Notes: a model not told the origin generated them from the sequence alone. A DNA stretch of 64,000 nt from Hormiphora californensis (GCA_020137815.1 CM035356.1:4712001-4776000), one strand, 5' to 3'; positions 1 through 59,474 are shown, numbered from the stretch's first letter. Made by a program: numbers and translations.

Positions 1-1172
1 CGATGCAGAATTTCACGCCGAGAAAGATGGTTCTATTCATTTTGTTCTAGGACGTTCCTGAAACCCATAAAAGCCGAAAAACCTAAAAATCCTAAAAATC
101 CTAATTTTAGGATTTGAGCACTAAAAATTTTTTTCACTTCTAATTAGACACCAAACACTATTCTGACCAAGTTTCATCAAAATCGGGGCTGTTCTCTCTC
201 ACTTTAACAAAAGGCCTTACTTGAGGCGCACCCAATGGGTGCGCTAGTTCTGTAAAATTTTGCAAAAAAAGTTATGAAATTTTTCTAAGGTACCTATACC
301 AGCCACGTTCGAATCGTGTTTCGAATCGGTACATCTTATCACGTGTCCTGACGCTAATTAGAAGGTTTGAAACGAACCGATACGTGATCCCCATTAGACC
401 TAGCGAATTGCAAATGCAAATTGCAAGTTTACCAACCGGCAAAACTTCGAAAATTTTCCAAAAAAAAAACGGGGGAAAGAAATCCTCCCGGTAAATCGGG
501 GTTCCGGTAAATCGGGGTCCGACTGTATAATTAATTAACCCTTTTAGATTAAGATGAATTTAAGAGTTGTAATGTCTCTTAACATTTAACATTTAAACCA
601 CCCCTCTCTGTCGTAAATCATTCTATAGTATTTATTTATCTCAATTTTTCTCGAAGGGTTAGCTAATAGCTATTTATCAAGCAAATTTAAATTCAATTCT
701 TCTCATCGCCAATATTGAAATATTATTTTAAAATGCAAATATGCAAATATGCATTTAATTTCAATAAAGCTGTATTCTTAGAAGCGCTCTGGTCGCAAAT
801 ATTCTCAGAAATTCTGGCCCTACCCCTAAGTTTTATCATCTTCAAACTAGCCCTCGGATGATTATTCTAAATACGATCTGAGCAAGAATTAAGTAGTACA
901 TAGTAGTACATAGGGATAAATCGAAAAACACTGGGTTTGATCGAGAATTAAACCATATGAACCTTCAGAGAGCCATGTTCGAAGATATTATACACCACTT
1001 GTACTTGGCACTAACTAAGCTACCAATCCATTATTTAATTCTCGCTCAGATCTCATTCAGAATAATCAATCAATCTCCTCGTTAGCCGAGATCAGCCCGT
1101 GTATGTGTGAGATTCCCGATTCATCTATTGTACAGAGGACGTGTGAGTGTGTATCAGCACCAGAAGGAGATA

Positions 1173-1388
1173 CAGTCGGACCCCGATTTAGTGTTGGTTA
1201 CGAAGTCACCCCTATTATTGCATATAGTGAGCTAGCGCAGAGGGGAATTTCATTACCAAGATTTAGTGACACCCTCGGGGGAAAGGGTGTTGTCCACTAA
1301 ATCGGGGTCAAATAATGTTAATTTCCAGATATCGGGGGAAAATAATCCTGTCACTAAATCGGGGTGCCACTAAATCGGGGTTCTACTG
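1173..1388. mobile_element. pogo/Tc1-mariner-like MITE (TA TSD, CAGT termini); family copies at 3493-3709, 56136-56291, 57915-58783; single ends at ~525, ~2845, ~29268
   Basis: ta|cagtcggaccccgattta ... taaatcggggt(c/t)c(g/t)actg|ta. Confidence 0.8.
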
Positions 1389-1690
1389 TATTAAAATTAC
1401 TCCCTTTATCCCTCTATGTATGATATTTTATGCATTATGCCCTTATTTTCACTCAACCGGAATCTGTCAAAAACTCATTAAATTTTAATGTATTTTCTAT
1501 TAGATATTCCTCTCAACCAATGCACGTGGAGACCACCCACTTGGTAACCACATGACCCCCCCATGACCATGTTGATATTTTCGAATGAATTTTAACATGC
1601 CAGTCTCCATAGTTACCATTCAGTTGCCATGACAACCGTGTTGACGTTGAAAGGGCGAAAAGAACCACCCGGCGAAGCCGGGTGGGTTAA

Positions 1691-2594
1691 AGTGAGAGAG
1701 AACAGCCCCGATTTTGATGAAACTTGGTCAGAATAGTGTTTGGTATCTAATTAGAAGTGAAAAAAATTTTTAGTGCTCAAATCCTAAAATTAGGATTTTT
1801 AGGATTTTTAGGTTTTTCGGCTTTTATGGGTTTCAGGAACGTCCTAGAACAAAATGAATAGAACCATCTTTCTCGGCGTGAAATTCTGCATCGATTATAG
1901 TGGTTGTAAACCTTTCTATGACGTAAGGTTCAGAAGTTATCGCGAAAAACCCCAAACGGGTACATGTGTTAGGGGCGGGTTCATGTTTTAGGCTAACGGG
2001 CGAACCTCTTGTCAGAACACCATCTTATAGGGTGTCAATCGACGCGTATTGATAAGGAGATCATTTTAGTGAAAACCATTTTGATCTGGTTTAACGAATG
2101 TCTGTGTAACGAATGAAACCTAAAAAACCTTTTAGCCAAACGGGTATGCTTCATTCAGTAAGGTTTTTTAGGTTTCATTCGTTACACAGACATCGCAGAT
2201 CAAAATGGTTTTCACTAAAATGATCTCCTTATCAATACGCGTCGATTGACACCCTATAAGATGGTGTTCTGACAAGAGGTTCGCCCGTTAGCCTAAAACA
2301 TGAACCCGCCCCTTACACATGTACCCGTTTGGGGTTTTTCGCGATAACTTCTGAACCTTACGTCATAGAAAGGTTTACAACCACTATAATCGATGCAGAA
2401 TTTCACGCCGAGAAAGATGGTTCTATTCATTTTGTTCTAGGACGTTCCTGAAACCCATAAAAGCCGAAAAATCCTAAAAATCCTAAAAATCCTAATTTTA
2501 GGATTTGAGCACTAAAAATTTTTTTCACTTCTAATTAGACACCAAACACTATTCTGACCAAGTTTCATCAAAATCGGGGCTGTTCTCTCTCACT
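1691..2594. mobile_element. ~900-bp foldback non-autonomous DNA transposon, TTAA TSD, AG...CT termini (Kolobok-like)
   Basis: ttaa|agtgagagagaacagccccg ... cggggctgttctctctcact|ttaa; arms ~450 bp inverted; inserted in the Helitron-like element seen uninterrupted at 20300-20443. Confidence 0.75.
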
Positions 2595-4034
2595 TTAACA
2601 AAAGGCCTTACTTGAGGCGCACCCAATGGGTGCGCTAGTTCTGTAAAATTTTGCAATTATCACGTGTCCTGACGCTAATTAGAAGGTTTGAAACGAACCG
2701 ATACGTGATCCCCATTAGACCTAGCGAATTGCAAATGCAAATTGCAAGTTTACCAACCGGCAAAACTTCGAAAATTTTCCAAAAAAAAACGGGGGAAAGA
2801 AATCCTCCCGGTAAATCGGGGTTCCGGTAAATCGGGGTCCGACTGTATAATTAATTAACCCTTTTAGATTAAGATGAATTTAAGAGTTGTAATGTCTCTT
2901 AACATTTAACATTTAAACCACCCCTCTCTGTCGTAAATCATTCTATAGTATTTATTTATCTCAATTTTTCTCGAAGGGTTAGCTAATAGCTATTTATCAA
3001 GCAAATTTAAATTCAATTCTTCTCATCGCCAATATTGAAATATTATTTTAAAATGCAAATATGCAAATATGCATTTAATTTCAATAAAGCTGTATTCTTA
3101 TAAGCGCTCTGGTCGCAAATATTCTCAGAAATTCTGGCCCTACCCCTAAGTTTTATCATCTTCAAACTAGCCCTCGGATGATTATTCTAAATACGATCTG
3201 AGCAAGAATTAAGTAGTACATAGTAGTACATAGGGATAAATCGAAAAACACTGGGTTTGATCGAGAATTAAACCATATGAACCTTCAGAGAGCCATGTTC
3301 GAAGATATTATACACCACTTGTACTTGGCACTAACTAAGCTACCAATCCATTATTTAATTCTCGCTCAGATCTCATTCAGAATAATCAATCAATCTCCTC
3401 GTTAGCCGAGATCAGCCCGTGTATGTGTGAGATTCCCGATTCATCTATTGTACAGAGGACGTGTGAGTGTGTATCAGCACCAGAAGGAGATACAGTCGGA
3501 CCCCGATTTAGTGTTGGTTACGAAGTCACCCCTATTATTGCATATAGTGAGCTAGCGCAGAGGGGGAATTTCATTACCAAGATTTAGTGACACCCTCGGG
3601 GGAAAGGGTGTTGTCCACTAAATCGGGGTCAAATAATGTTAATTTCCAGATATCGGGGGAAAATAATCCTGTCACTAAATCGGGGTGCCACTAAATCGGG
3701 GTTCTACTGTATTAAAATTACTCCCTTTATCCCTCTATGTATGATATTTTATGCATTATGCCCTTATTTTCACTCAACCGGAATCTGTCAAAAACTCATT
3801 AAATTTTAATGTATTTTCTATTAGATATTCCTCTCAACCAATGCACGTGGAGACCACCCACTTGGTAACCACATGACCCCTCGACGGGCCACCCTCATTT
3901 TTAGGAAGCACCTGGATCGGAGAAATTCAATCCAATCCCCTAATAGTAATCCCATCCCATCCCATCCCATCTATCAAGTAACTCTGACATTCTAACAGAA
4001 AATGTTTCATTTTTTAATAAACTCTATCCTTCAG

Positions 4035-4600
4035 AAAGCGGTGATCCCCTGATGTTCACCATATTTATCCCCGACTGGAGTAGTCCAATGACACCCGCTA
4101 TACCTCGACTAGATAACACGCCCTTTCGAACTGGTTATATCCTGCTGGAGAGCAGAGAACACCAATATATCACAGGTAACCATCTCTCTATCTCTCCCCG
4201 AAGAGAGAGAGAGGGGAGAGAGAGGCGCAGAGAGCGAGAAGCGAGGAGAGAGAGAGAGAGAGGAGAGAGCCGAGCACGAGAGGCGAGAGAGAGAGCGCGA
4301 GGGAGAGAGCGAGAGCGAGAGAGAGAAGGAGCGCGAGCGAAAGAGCGAGGCGCGCGGAGAGGAGAGCGAGAGGAGGAGAGAACGGCGACGAGAGAGAGAA
4401 GAGAGAGAGAGCGAGAACGAGAGAGGAGAAAGAGAAGAGAGAGCGAAGAGAGACGAGCGACGAGCGAGAGAGAGGAGAGAGAGAGAGAGAGAGAGCGAGA
4501 GACGGAGAGAGGAGAGAGAGAGAGAAGAGAACGAGAGGAGAGAGCGAGAGAGGAAAGAGAGAGACGAGAGGAGAGGAGGCGAGAGAGAGAGAGAGAAGGG

Positions 4601-4681
<81 letters not shown>

Positions 4682-4682
4682 C

Positions 4683-4761
<79 letters not shown>

Positions 4762-4993
4762 GAGAAGAGAGAGAGAGAGAGCGCGAGAGAGAGAGAGAGC
4801 GCGGAGCGAGAGAGAGAGAGAGAGCGAGAGCAGAAGATCAGAGGAGAGACAGAGAGAGCGAGCGAGACGAGAGGAGAGAGAAGAGCGGAGATAAAGAGAG
4901 AGAGAGAGAAAGAGAAAGAGAGAGAAGAGAGAGCGAGAGAAGCGAGCTAGAAGGAGCAGGCGTCTCTGAGCGAGCCTATCCTATCTCTCTCTC

Positions 4994-5063
<70 letters not shown>

Positions 5064-5226
5064 ACCAGGTAACCAGCACATACAAAAGTTGTCTCACTAC
5101 GACGCAGTACACGGAACGAGAGTGTATGTCCTCCAGAACGATGCTGCTCAAGACAAATGGCCAGTTGACAAGGTAGTCCTGGGCGATCTCAGACAGGCTA
5201 TGTCTTGTAACAGATCCTGGTCATGA
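4035..5226 (+). CDS. PCIF1: PCIF1/CAPAM cap-specific adenosine N6-methyltransferase, last two exons (4035-4175, 5069-5226); upstream exons not found in window
   Basis: Spliced translation SGDPLMFTIFIPDWSSPMTPAIPRLDNTPFRTGYILLESREHQYITG|NQHIQKLSHYDAVHGTRVYVLQNDAAQDKWP...* aligns by eye with the PCIF1 C-terminus (PLSFIVFIPEWREPPTPA...HEYRSGSQH...AVHNTAVLFLQND...KW); GT-AG intron, phase 1. Confidence 0.88.
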
Positions 5227-5229
5227 GTG

Positions 5230-5346
5230 CAGGAACCGACCGAAACAAGTAAACAACCAATCAGATCTCGTTATTTAGGTCACGTGACTGATTATCAGCC
5301 AATCACGGACCAGTATTTCCAGATTTCCTGATTCGGTCGGTTCCTG
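5230..5346. mobile_element. ~110-bp hAT-like MITE (TIR CAGGAACCGACCGA); other copies 45561-45669, 46297-46405, 48634-48742, 53158-53266; fragments 44692-44757, 51006-51080, 51210-51264, 61828-61859
   Basis: TIRs caggaaccgaccga/tcggtcggttcctg; 8-bp TSDs tctatcat (45561), tcaca(c/t)at (46297), gtaatctc (53158); this copy has a 10-bp flanking duplication that includes the PCIF1 stop codon. Confidence 0.88.
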
Positions 5347-5718
5347 GTCATGAGTGCAGCAGTTGAGGGGTTGGAGAGGGTTCAATATATCCAGCCCTGA
5401 TATGTTATACTCAACAAGTCGTACAGTGGACAGTATATCAGAGAGAGATGCTTTTGGTTTCAGAGAGTGTACCATGGGGTTTGAGATATGTTTTGGGTTG
5501 TGTTAAATGTAAAATGTGTGTGACGATTGTAAAATTCCACGTTGTTACTGTCTGGCGCGGCGCCCACTCGATCTGTGATCGCACTAATAATCAAAACGGA
5601 GTTTGGCGCCGCCAGGCAGTTACTAAACAAGGTTTTTGTTGAATACTCAACACTTTATTATGGGTTTAGTGCATGTTGTAACAGTGAAACAGAGTGTGAG
5701 ATTTCTAAGAGGAGTATA

Positions 5719-6797
5719 TACCTTACTCTCGTTTTTTAAGAAACGCTTTATTAAGAAACTTTTTTATAAGAAACTTTTCAAATGTAAATCACACAATTCA
5801 CAGACACCATAACAAAATAGAACACCCCTAACTTGTTTAGTTTCTTGATAAAGGAGAAATTCTTTTTGTTTTTGGATTGCCTACACCTGTAGTTTCCTAG
5901 AAAAAAAGTTTCTTATTTAAAAGTTTCTTGAAATATACGAGCGGGGGGTGCGACATGTTAATTTTGTTAACTTTGTTAATATTAACATCGAGAAAACAGG
6001 TGATTTATTAACAAAATTAACAAAAAGTTAACAAACGTTAACAAATGCCATTCATACCATCTAAATCCCCTTTTGCACGTATTTTTGGTATTTAACACTT
6101 ATTCTGCGAGCAAAGTTGTTCCTTCTGCACGATTTAAATACCACCACTACCTCTACTACGGCTTTTTTACAGCGATTTGTTCCATTGTGTAAATTTTAAT
6201 AAAAACTAGCCAAAATAAACCGCAATTGAAGTCAAATGACACTAATCCACATTTTCCAACCCTAAAAATTAAGTCAGACTCATGAATTTACCTTAAAACG
6301 AAAAATATCCCAAAAATAAATTTTTCTAAAAAACCACAAGGATTTGTAGCGAAGCAAATTTTCAATCTTTGACCAAAAAATTGATTTTGGAAAAATTTCA
6401 TTACCTTTTTCAACAAAAATGTTGTATATCATCTTATTAAGTCCAAAGAATCGATTACCAATGAAAAAATTACGTTGAAGTGAGATTTTATACGCTAAAT
6501 AGAAATATTTGTAAATTTTTTATTTTTATCCGTTTTGAGCCAAAAAAACCTGTATGTCGGACTTAGGTTATCGGAAAAGGCCTTGTTTGGGTATATATGC
6601 GTTAGGTAAGTCATTAAACTATAAAATTAAACCAGTTAAAGTCGTATTATCAGCCAATAAGAACGGTCTTTTAGCATTTGTTAATTTTGTTAATTTTGTT
6701 AATTAACGTTAATTAACAAAATCGAAAAAAAGAGGTGATTTATTAACAATTAACATGTCGTCCCCCCCATACGAGCTTAATTAACGAGAGTAAGGTA
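5719..6797. mobile_element. TA-flanked MITE (TIR taccttactctcgtt) containing a nested G-run-terminated element at 5943-6768
   Basis: Outer TIRs at 5719 and 6783-6797; inner element has an 8-bp TSD (atacgagc) and ttgttaac subterminal repeats. Confidence 0.75.
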
Positions 6798-6855
6798 TAT
6801 CACAATTAACTAATTTAATTAAATGCTGTTGAGGAGAGTGCAGTTAGTAAGCATC

Positions 6856-7370
6856 AGCGGTGCTCTGTCATATTGGCCGGCCGCATAGCGCCGTCCAAAG
6901 CGTTGTCCACGATATCCAAAACGCACCAAAAAAAAACATTCGATGTCAGTGAACTGCGTCTTTGACGTGGGGGGGGTGACACGTAACACTTTGTAACACT
7001 TTGTAACATGTAACGTGCACAAAATATTTTCTGCACATGTTACAAAGTGTTACAAGCGTTACAAAGTGTTACAAAGTGTTACAAAGTGTTACAAAGTGTT
7101 ACAAAATGTTGCAAAATGTTGCAAAATGTTGCAAAAAATGCCCATTTTGTAACATTTTGTAACACTTTGTAACATTTTGTAACACTTTGTAACATTTTGT
7201 AACACTTTGTAACACTTTGTAACACTTTGTAACATGTAACGTGCACAAAAAGTTTTCTGCACATGTTACAAAGTGTTACAAAGTGTTACGTGTCACCCCC
7301 CCCCCTTGACGTCGTGGACAACGCTTTGGGCGACGCTTTATGCGGGCCGCTAATATGATGGAGCACCACT
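6856..7370. mobile_element. MITE (TIR tgctc(t/c)gtcatattggc; uninterrupted relative at ~24235-24427) containing a nested G-run palindromic element at 6969-7305
   Basis: Inner element g8tgacacgtaac...gttacgtgtcac10, TSD ttgacgt, internal (tgtaacactt)n arrays in alternating orientation. Confidence 0.72.
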
Positions 7371-7710
7371 GTAGTGTGTGTTATTGATGGGTTTATTAAT
7401 GTTTTGTGAAGATATCCTTTTGAGAAAAACCGGATTTGTCGGTCTCCATTTCGGGTTTGTTTCGTCTCACGGAATATTATCAGTGTCTGCATATACTGAT
7501 AAACCCTTTTTCTGGCATGATACACGCGTTCTACGCGTGTTTGAAGCACGTGTAGAACCATTTGATGGAGAGTCTATCAGTATTTCCCTGTTTTTGAGAG
7601 TGTTATTTTTCACCATATATTTTGCTGTGATTTATCACACACTGTATTTATAGAACAAAAACCACCGTGTTTTGACTTTTCAATTATATAACATGGAAAT
7701 GGATATAATC

Positions 7711-8881
7711 TTAGATTCGGCCTGTGGTAGGTTCAGGAGTTGTTGGCTCAGGAGTCGTAGGTCCAGGAGTCGTAGGTTCAGGAGTTGTTGGCTCAGGAGT
7801 CGTAGGCTCAGGAGTCGTACGTTCAGGAGTCGTAGGTTCAGGAGTCGTAGGCTCAGGGGTCGTAGGTTCAGGGGTCGTAGGTTCAGGGGTCGTAGGTTCA
7901 GGAGTCGTAGGTTCAGGAGTCGTAGGTTCAGGAGTCGTAGGCTCAGGAGTTGTAGGTTCAGGAGTCGTAGGCTCAGGAGTTGTAGGTTCAGGGGTCGTAG
8001 GTTCAGGAGTCGTAGGGGAAGGAGTGGTAGGTTCAGGAGTAGTAGGGGAAGGAGTCGTAGGGGAAGGAGTGGTAGGTTCAGGAGTCGTAGGTTCAGGAGT
8101 CGTAGGTTCAGGAGTCGTAGGTTCAGGAGTCGTGGGCTCAGGAGTCGTAGGTTCAGGAGTCGTAGGCTCAGGAGTCGTAGGTTCAGGGGTCGTAGGCTCA
8201 GGAGTCGTAGGTTCAGGAGTCGTAGGGGAAGGAGTAGTAGGGGAAGGTGTAGTAGGGGAAGGAGTGGTAGGGGAAGGTGTGGTTGGGGAAGGTGTCGTAG
8301 GGGAAGGAGTGGTTGGGTAAGGTGTGGTAGGGGAAGGTGTTGTGGTAGGTGGGATAGTTGGAGGAGCCGTAGTTGGTTCAAATCGTTTACAAACTATCCT
8401 CTGGGCCTTCTCCACGACCCAACTGTAACATAAAGGAAGTCGCAGGGCCTTCCTGAGAGTTCGTACTGAACTGGTACACACCCAGTATCGGTCTGGAGGG
8501 AGGAAGACATGTTAAGGCATCTTTGTACTTGTTCTAGTTAGCAGGCCCTTCTTCTGAGAGAGAATTGAAAAAGGGTTGCGTCCAACTTGGACTCCAAATT
8601 CGACAACTAGTTCGTGCAAGTTTGCCAGAAGTTACAAATTTGAACTTAAGCTGCAGGGCTCTAGAAGCAGAAAAGACGGATATCTATAATTCGGCTCACA
8701 ATCATTCACTCACCCCATCGTCGCAACTGTCGGATGATTCTCCTCAGGGTCCAGTGACACCCTGTAACACCTTCCTTTGCTCCAATGATCGCCCTGCAAT
8801 CTGCTTCACATTCATAGTCCAGGTCGGGCGAGCTGCTATAAACCACCAACACCACACTTAACAACCACAGAAACTTAACAT
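7711..8881 (-). CDS. Secreted protein: signal peptide, small basic 6-Cys domain and ~41 (P)TTP(E/S) mucin-like repeats; exons 8881-8714 and 8492-7711 (indel near the ATG)
   Basis: KFLWLLSVVLVVYS signal-like segment, phase-compatible GT-AG intron, 15-bp coding repeat with third-position variation consistent with the TTPEP frame. Confidence 0.7.
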
Positions 8882-9006
8882 TTTGACAATTGTGGATTTC
8901 CCCCTCTCATTCTCAACTCAAAGAGTCACTGGTCAATTAGTTTAGCACCTTGAAAACGAGTTAAATAATTGATGCTAGACGCGTCACAATCACGTTCCTT
9001 CATCCC

Positions 9007-9143
<137 letters not shown>

Positions 9144-9263
9144 TCTATTGTGCCATATGGCAGGTGTGTCCCGGTTTCGTATGTTCGATATATCCGAAAA
9201 GATTTTCACTCGTGTGGAATTGAAAAAAGAGACAAGAGAGTGAAACAACCCCCCGCATGTATA

Positions 9264-10147
9264 CAGTCCTGTCGACAACTACACTTCAAATCTCAGAATT
9301 TCAAATTTTCGGTTCAAATGTGTAGACTACTAAAATTGAAACTGCTGGGGAGGGTTGGCACTTCTCATAACCCACCTGGGCAGCCACCAGAGGTCCAAAA
9401 CCACTCAAAAAGGTCAAAAAATCAATTTTCGATTTGAGGAAAACGACCGGCATCACGAGATTCCTCGTCAAATTCTAAGCATCCTCGTATAATTCCTGTC
9501 TGGCGGCGCCAGACCCCAATTTGATTCTCAACAGTGCGCTCAGATGGGTCGCGGCGCCAGACAGTATAATTCTAGCTCAACAATTCAAACCAGTTCGGAG
9601 AAATGAGCGATGAAAGAAGCAAAAAGTGATCAATATTATGGGAGTAAGGGCTCAACTGGCTAAAAATAGATGACTGAATTCCTGTGTTTAGTCTATTGTA
9701 ACAATCTCACTTTGCGCTCTCTCTTTTCTGATCTTGGAAGGGGGAAAAGGGGAAGTGCAGAAAAGAGAGAGCGCAAAGTGAGATTGTTACAATAGACTAA
9801 ACACAGGAATTCAGTCATCTATTTTTAGCCAGTTGAGCCCTTACTCCCATAATATTGATCACTTTTTGCTTCTTTCATCGCTCATTTCTCCGAACTGGTT
9901 TGAATTGGTGAGCTAGAATTATACGAGGATGCTTAGAACTTGACGAGGAATCTCGTGATGCCGGTCGTTTTCCTCAAATCGAAAATTGATTTTTTGACCT
10001 TTTTGAGTGGTTTTGGACCTCTGGTGGCTGCCCAGGTGGGTTATGAGAAGTGCCAACCCTCCCCAGCAGTTTCAATTTTAGTAGTCTACACATTTGAACC
10101 GAAAATTTGAAATTCTGAGATTTGAAGTGTAGTTGTCGACAGGACTG
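9264..10147. mobile_element. ~880-bp foldback element (CAGTCC termini) with a 69-bp mini-MITE inserted in the left arm (9496-9564)
   Basis: 9264-9729 is the reverse complement of 9758-10147; the insertion is flanked by an 8-bp TSD (tataattc) and absent from the right arm. Confidence 0.8.
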
Positions 10148-10183
10148 GACAGGGCACAACTTAGTTGGCGACATGAAGTCCAC

Positions 10184-10370
10184 CTGTCTGGCGGCACCAG
10201 AGTACCAGACTCACGGCCTCCCTTGGCCTTGCACCTCGGGAGGTCAACAGTAGATCTGCGCGCACATCCCTGGGAGATCTCCCAGAGATGTGCGCACAGA
10301 TCTACTGTTGACCTCCCGAGGTGCAAGGGAGGCCGTCATGGGTTTGATTCTCGACAGTACCGCCAGACAG
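10184..10370. mobile_element. MITE family with TIR CTGTCTGGCG and 8-bp TSD (also 5548-5619, 9496-9564); this copy has a ~100-bp internal palindrome
   Basis: aagtccac|ctgtctggcgg...ccgccagacag|aactccac. Confidence 0.7.
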
Positions 10371-13159
10371 AACTCCACCGCCAATGCAATATGCCCTCAA
10401 ATCGAATTTGCCGGGTTTGTCAAAGTAAAAACAGCAGCATCTGACAAATGTTTGAAATAATTGGTTTGAAACATTTACATCATCATCATGTAATATACCA
10501 TATATTGGAACACCTCAGTGTGTTTATAACGTGTTCCAAATCCATCTCACAGACCAGAGCATTGGCCTGACAGCAGATCAACATCAAACCAATAATTCAT
10601 CTGGCACCGCCATTCTCTCAAATTGAAATCAGACTCTGAAGCGACATGTGACAGAGAACAAAAACTGTTGTATCTCACACCTTGCTCTATGAGGGTTTGG
10701 TAGGGCAACACATAAACAGCTGTAAACTAACAGATGCAAAGATAATCACTTTTTCACTTTTAAACTCAAATCTTAATCAGCTATGTACAGAAAGGGCAAT
10801 TATCAGTAAAAAGGCGGGAAATGGAGAGTTATGGCCAAAAACGTCCAAAAATGTGAAGAAGTATGTGAGCATTTACCGGCTACCCTGCTAAAAGTGCAAC
10901 TATATCGATTATAGGATGAGAATTGTCTCTAGGCCAGCTGTTGTATAATTCTACTCGGTACAGTGCTGATTGCAGTCAAAATACGGTAACGCAAAATACA
11001 GTAAGGAGACACGCACGGTGCATAATGCGCGGCAAAAAGTTCATGTGTCAGCACGTACTAGCGCCCTGATTGGTCACGGTTGCGCGTCGTCTTACTGTAT
11101 CTTCGTTTTCCATTACCGTTTTCCCACTACAAGCGACCGTGATATAAACACAGCGGCGTAATTTAAGATCAGATGAGAATCCCAACAAACAAACAAAAAT
11201 TAACCCTATAATATTAATTATGTTAATAATTGTGTTCCTTTTAAAAATGTCCACACACACAAATTTGTTTTCCAGCTTGAATTCATCTTGTTGGTATCCA
11301 ATTGTTCATGATATATCCTGGTGTCACATGTCTCCCTAAATTCCCATCTGTTCCATCTTTTCCTCCTTCGCTCTCCGACTGTGGCACAACTGAAACACAA
11401 AGGGTGGTGTGTGAGAGTTATAATTATAATTACATAGCGGGGCAAATGTTGTCATACTACACGAAAGCCCCCCCCCCCCCACAAACAATGAATGAAAGTG
11501 TATCTTTGAGTACATTGCCTAGCTCGACCCTCTTTAATAAAGGGAGGGTTAGAACATCACAAGTAGTACACGGTGTTTGTAGAGGATGTAGTATTTTTTC
11601 CCCGCCCGGTGAATGCCGAAGGCATTCACCCGGATGCCTTTTGTAAAAAGGCATAGGGGTTTAGTCAGGGGATTACGGGGGCAGAAAAATATCCCGGACC
11701 AACCGCCCGTACCAGCAGCCCGTACTCTCTTGCTCTCTCTCACTCACTAGCTGCATTCTGATTGGCTGTAATATGTTACAACATGTAAAATCCTGCCAGC
11801 GCCCAAGATGCACGTGCCAATGCGCCGCGCGTTACTATCTTGCTCTCTCTCTCACTCACTAGCTGCATTCTGATTGGCTGTTATCTATCACATGTGCGCA
11901 GTCACAGGCTATCCCTGTGCACTAGGTCTTATCACGTGACCTTTCATTATTGTGCAAAGCAGATGTACGGGCTGCTGGTACGGGCGTCTGGTATGGGCAT
12001 CTCATCCGGGCCCCCGTAATCCGCTGCCTAAGAATTCGACAATTTTATTTTACATACTAGTGAAGTGTCACGCTTTTCCTGTAACGTAACCTCCTGAGTT
12101 GCTGTTGGCAACTATCCAGTGCGGAATGCTGTCACTTACTGACTGAACACAACAGGAAGTTTTTGCGCGCATGTGCGCGGCGCCTTTATGTTGCACTTAC
12201 AATTACAATTGTTCATAGATTTGTCATCGCGCCCTACGTCATTGTGCAATGAACATTGTTCTGCATTTGTGATCGGAACTGCGACTTATTATTACTAGGA
12301 TATCACATAGCTCAGGCAACCCATCAGCTATACCGGCTCACGTATCAGTGCCCAATTAGAAGCAGGTGTGGCAACTGGCACATGCCAGATCACATGGTTG
12401 GCGGGGAAATCAGGCGGTATGGCATTATACCGCAATTATTCTTGTTGGGAAATGGAGATTAGGGATTTTCTTGGAAAAGCCATCACAAGTATGTACCTAG
12501 GTATATACCTTTACTAGAGGCTAAGGAATTGTCTAGAGGCTCTAGAGTCTAGACGGAGACAATTTCTTGACTTCTTGGAATTCTTATTTTTCATAAAATA
12601 TGTAATTTTCTTCAAGAACTTTCTAAACGAGAGCAACTCATATGATATATTTATAGTTTTTGAATGTGAATAATATGTTCTAGATTTTAAGATCTAAAAT
12701 TGAGTTGAGTACATTAGCATGGCTTTGAGAGTTACAATTATGGGTTCGTCAAAAAATGTATTATGGATCGGCCCCAGTTAGAGATTCGACTACTGGAGCC
12801 AGTTTCTTGATGCCAGAGAATCACTCTGCTGCTGACACTGTCGCGCGGCGCTACTTTCAATGCAATTCACATCGAAATCCCTGCTAGTCATCGAAGATGT
12901 CGCGCGCAGCATGGTTCATGAGGATTCTCCCAGCTAACTACTGGTGTCAGTTTCCTGCAGCCTGGTGTCAGTTTCCAATCTGCAACTGGATCGGTTAGGT
13001 TGGTATAAAATGGTTCGGCCGTTACCTACCATCCATATAATTCATGCACCCTGCCCTCAATTATTCAATATAGTTCCTAGACAACTAGAGCACTTGACAG
13101 GTCGGGGGTGTTGGGGGAGGGGGATAGTGGAAAGAACGGTCGTGACTTTATTAACATTC

Positions 13160-36411
<23,252 letters not shown>

Positions 36412-36889
36412 GTTAGCTATAATTATATGTGTTGGAGTTTTGACAGGTTGGTTCATGGTTACCATGGCAACACAGAAAAGCAGAATATTTCAGACGGGAT
36501 CAAAATAAATCATTTAAATGTGAGCTACATTATAATATATGTATATTGGTCAAAATAAATTACTTCACAATGTGTGATATTATCAAAATAGAACAAAGCC
36601 CCGGAAACACACAATTGAAGAACTAAAAAACATCTCAAAGCTCCTTCCAAATTATCATTCTGATACAACACGTGTCATACTACTGATACAACTGATACAA
36701 CACGACATACACACGAAGACAAATAAAAACTCTTGAAAAGCATCCAAACAATTTAGTCCTTGTAATTAATTAATTAATTAACACCCTTACACCATGTGTT
36801 CAGTCCGCTCTTGTAAATCCTTTCATCACCCCATGACAATTCCGCAGTTTGTATTAATTCTAACAACTCATCCCATTGATTCTAACAAC

Positions 36890-59474
<22,585 letters not shown>

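Larger units (their letters stand above)
1..3880. repeat. Near-identical direct duplication (1-~1560 matches 2391-~3880; second copy lacks ~70 bp)
   Basis: Sequence from position 1 recurs from 2391, identical except for a ~70-bp deletion and rare substitutions/indels. Confidence 0.9.

Noticed and set aside
1-3880. 2.3-kb direct duplication as a biological novelty
   Set aside because: Near identity around a long palindrome makes an assembly or haplotype duplication at least as likely
4176-5060. RE-rich/SL-rich ORFs here and at many other (GA)n tracts
   Set aside because: Translations of dinucleotide microsatellites, mostly intronic
7672-8433. Arg/Ser-rich, Gly/Val-rich and Leu-rich alternative ORFs over the 15-bp repeat
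   Set aside because: Shadow frames; only the TTPEP frame links to splice sites and a signal peptide
11218-12990. Possible additional exons at 11.27-11.39, 12.3-12.46 and 12.8-12.95 kb (also 24.4-24.9 kb)
   Set aside because: Coding-like composition, but no consistent frame or recognisable homology
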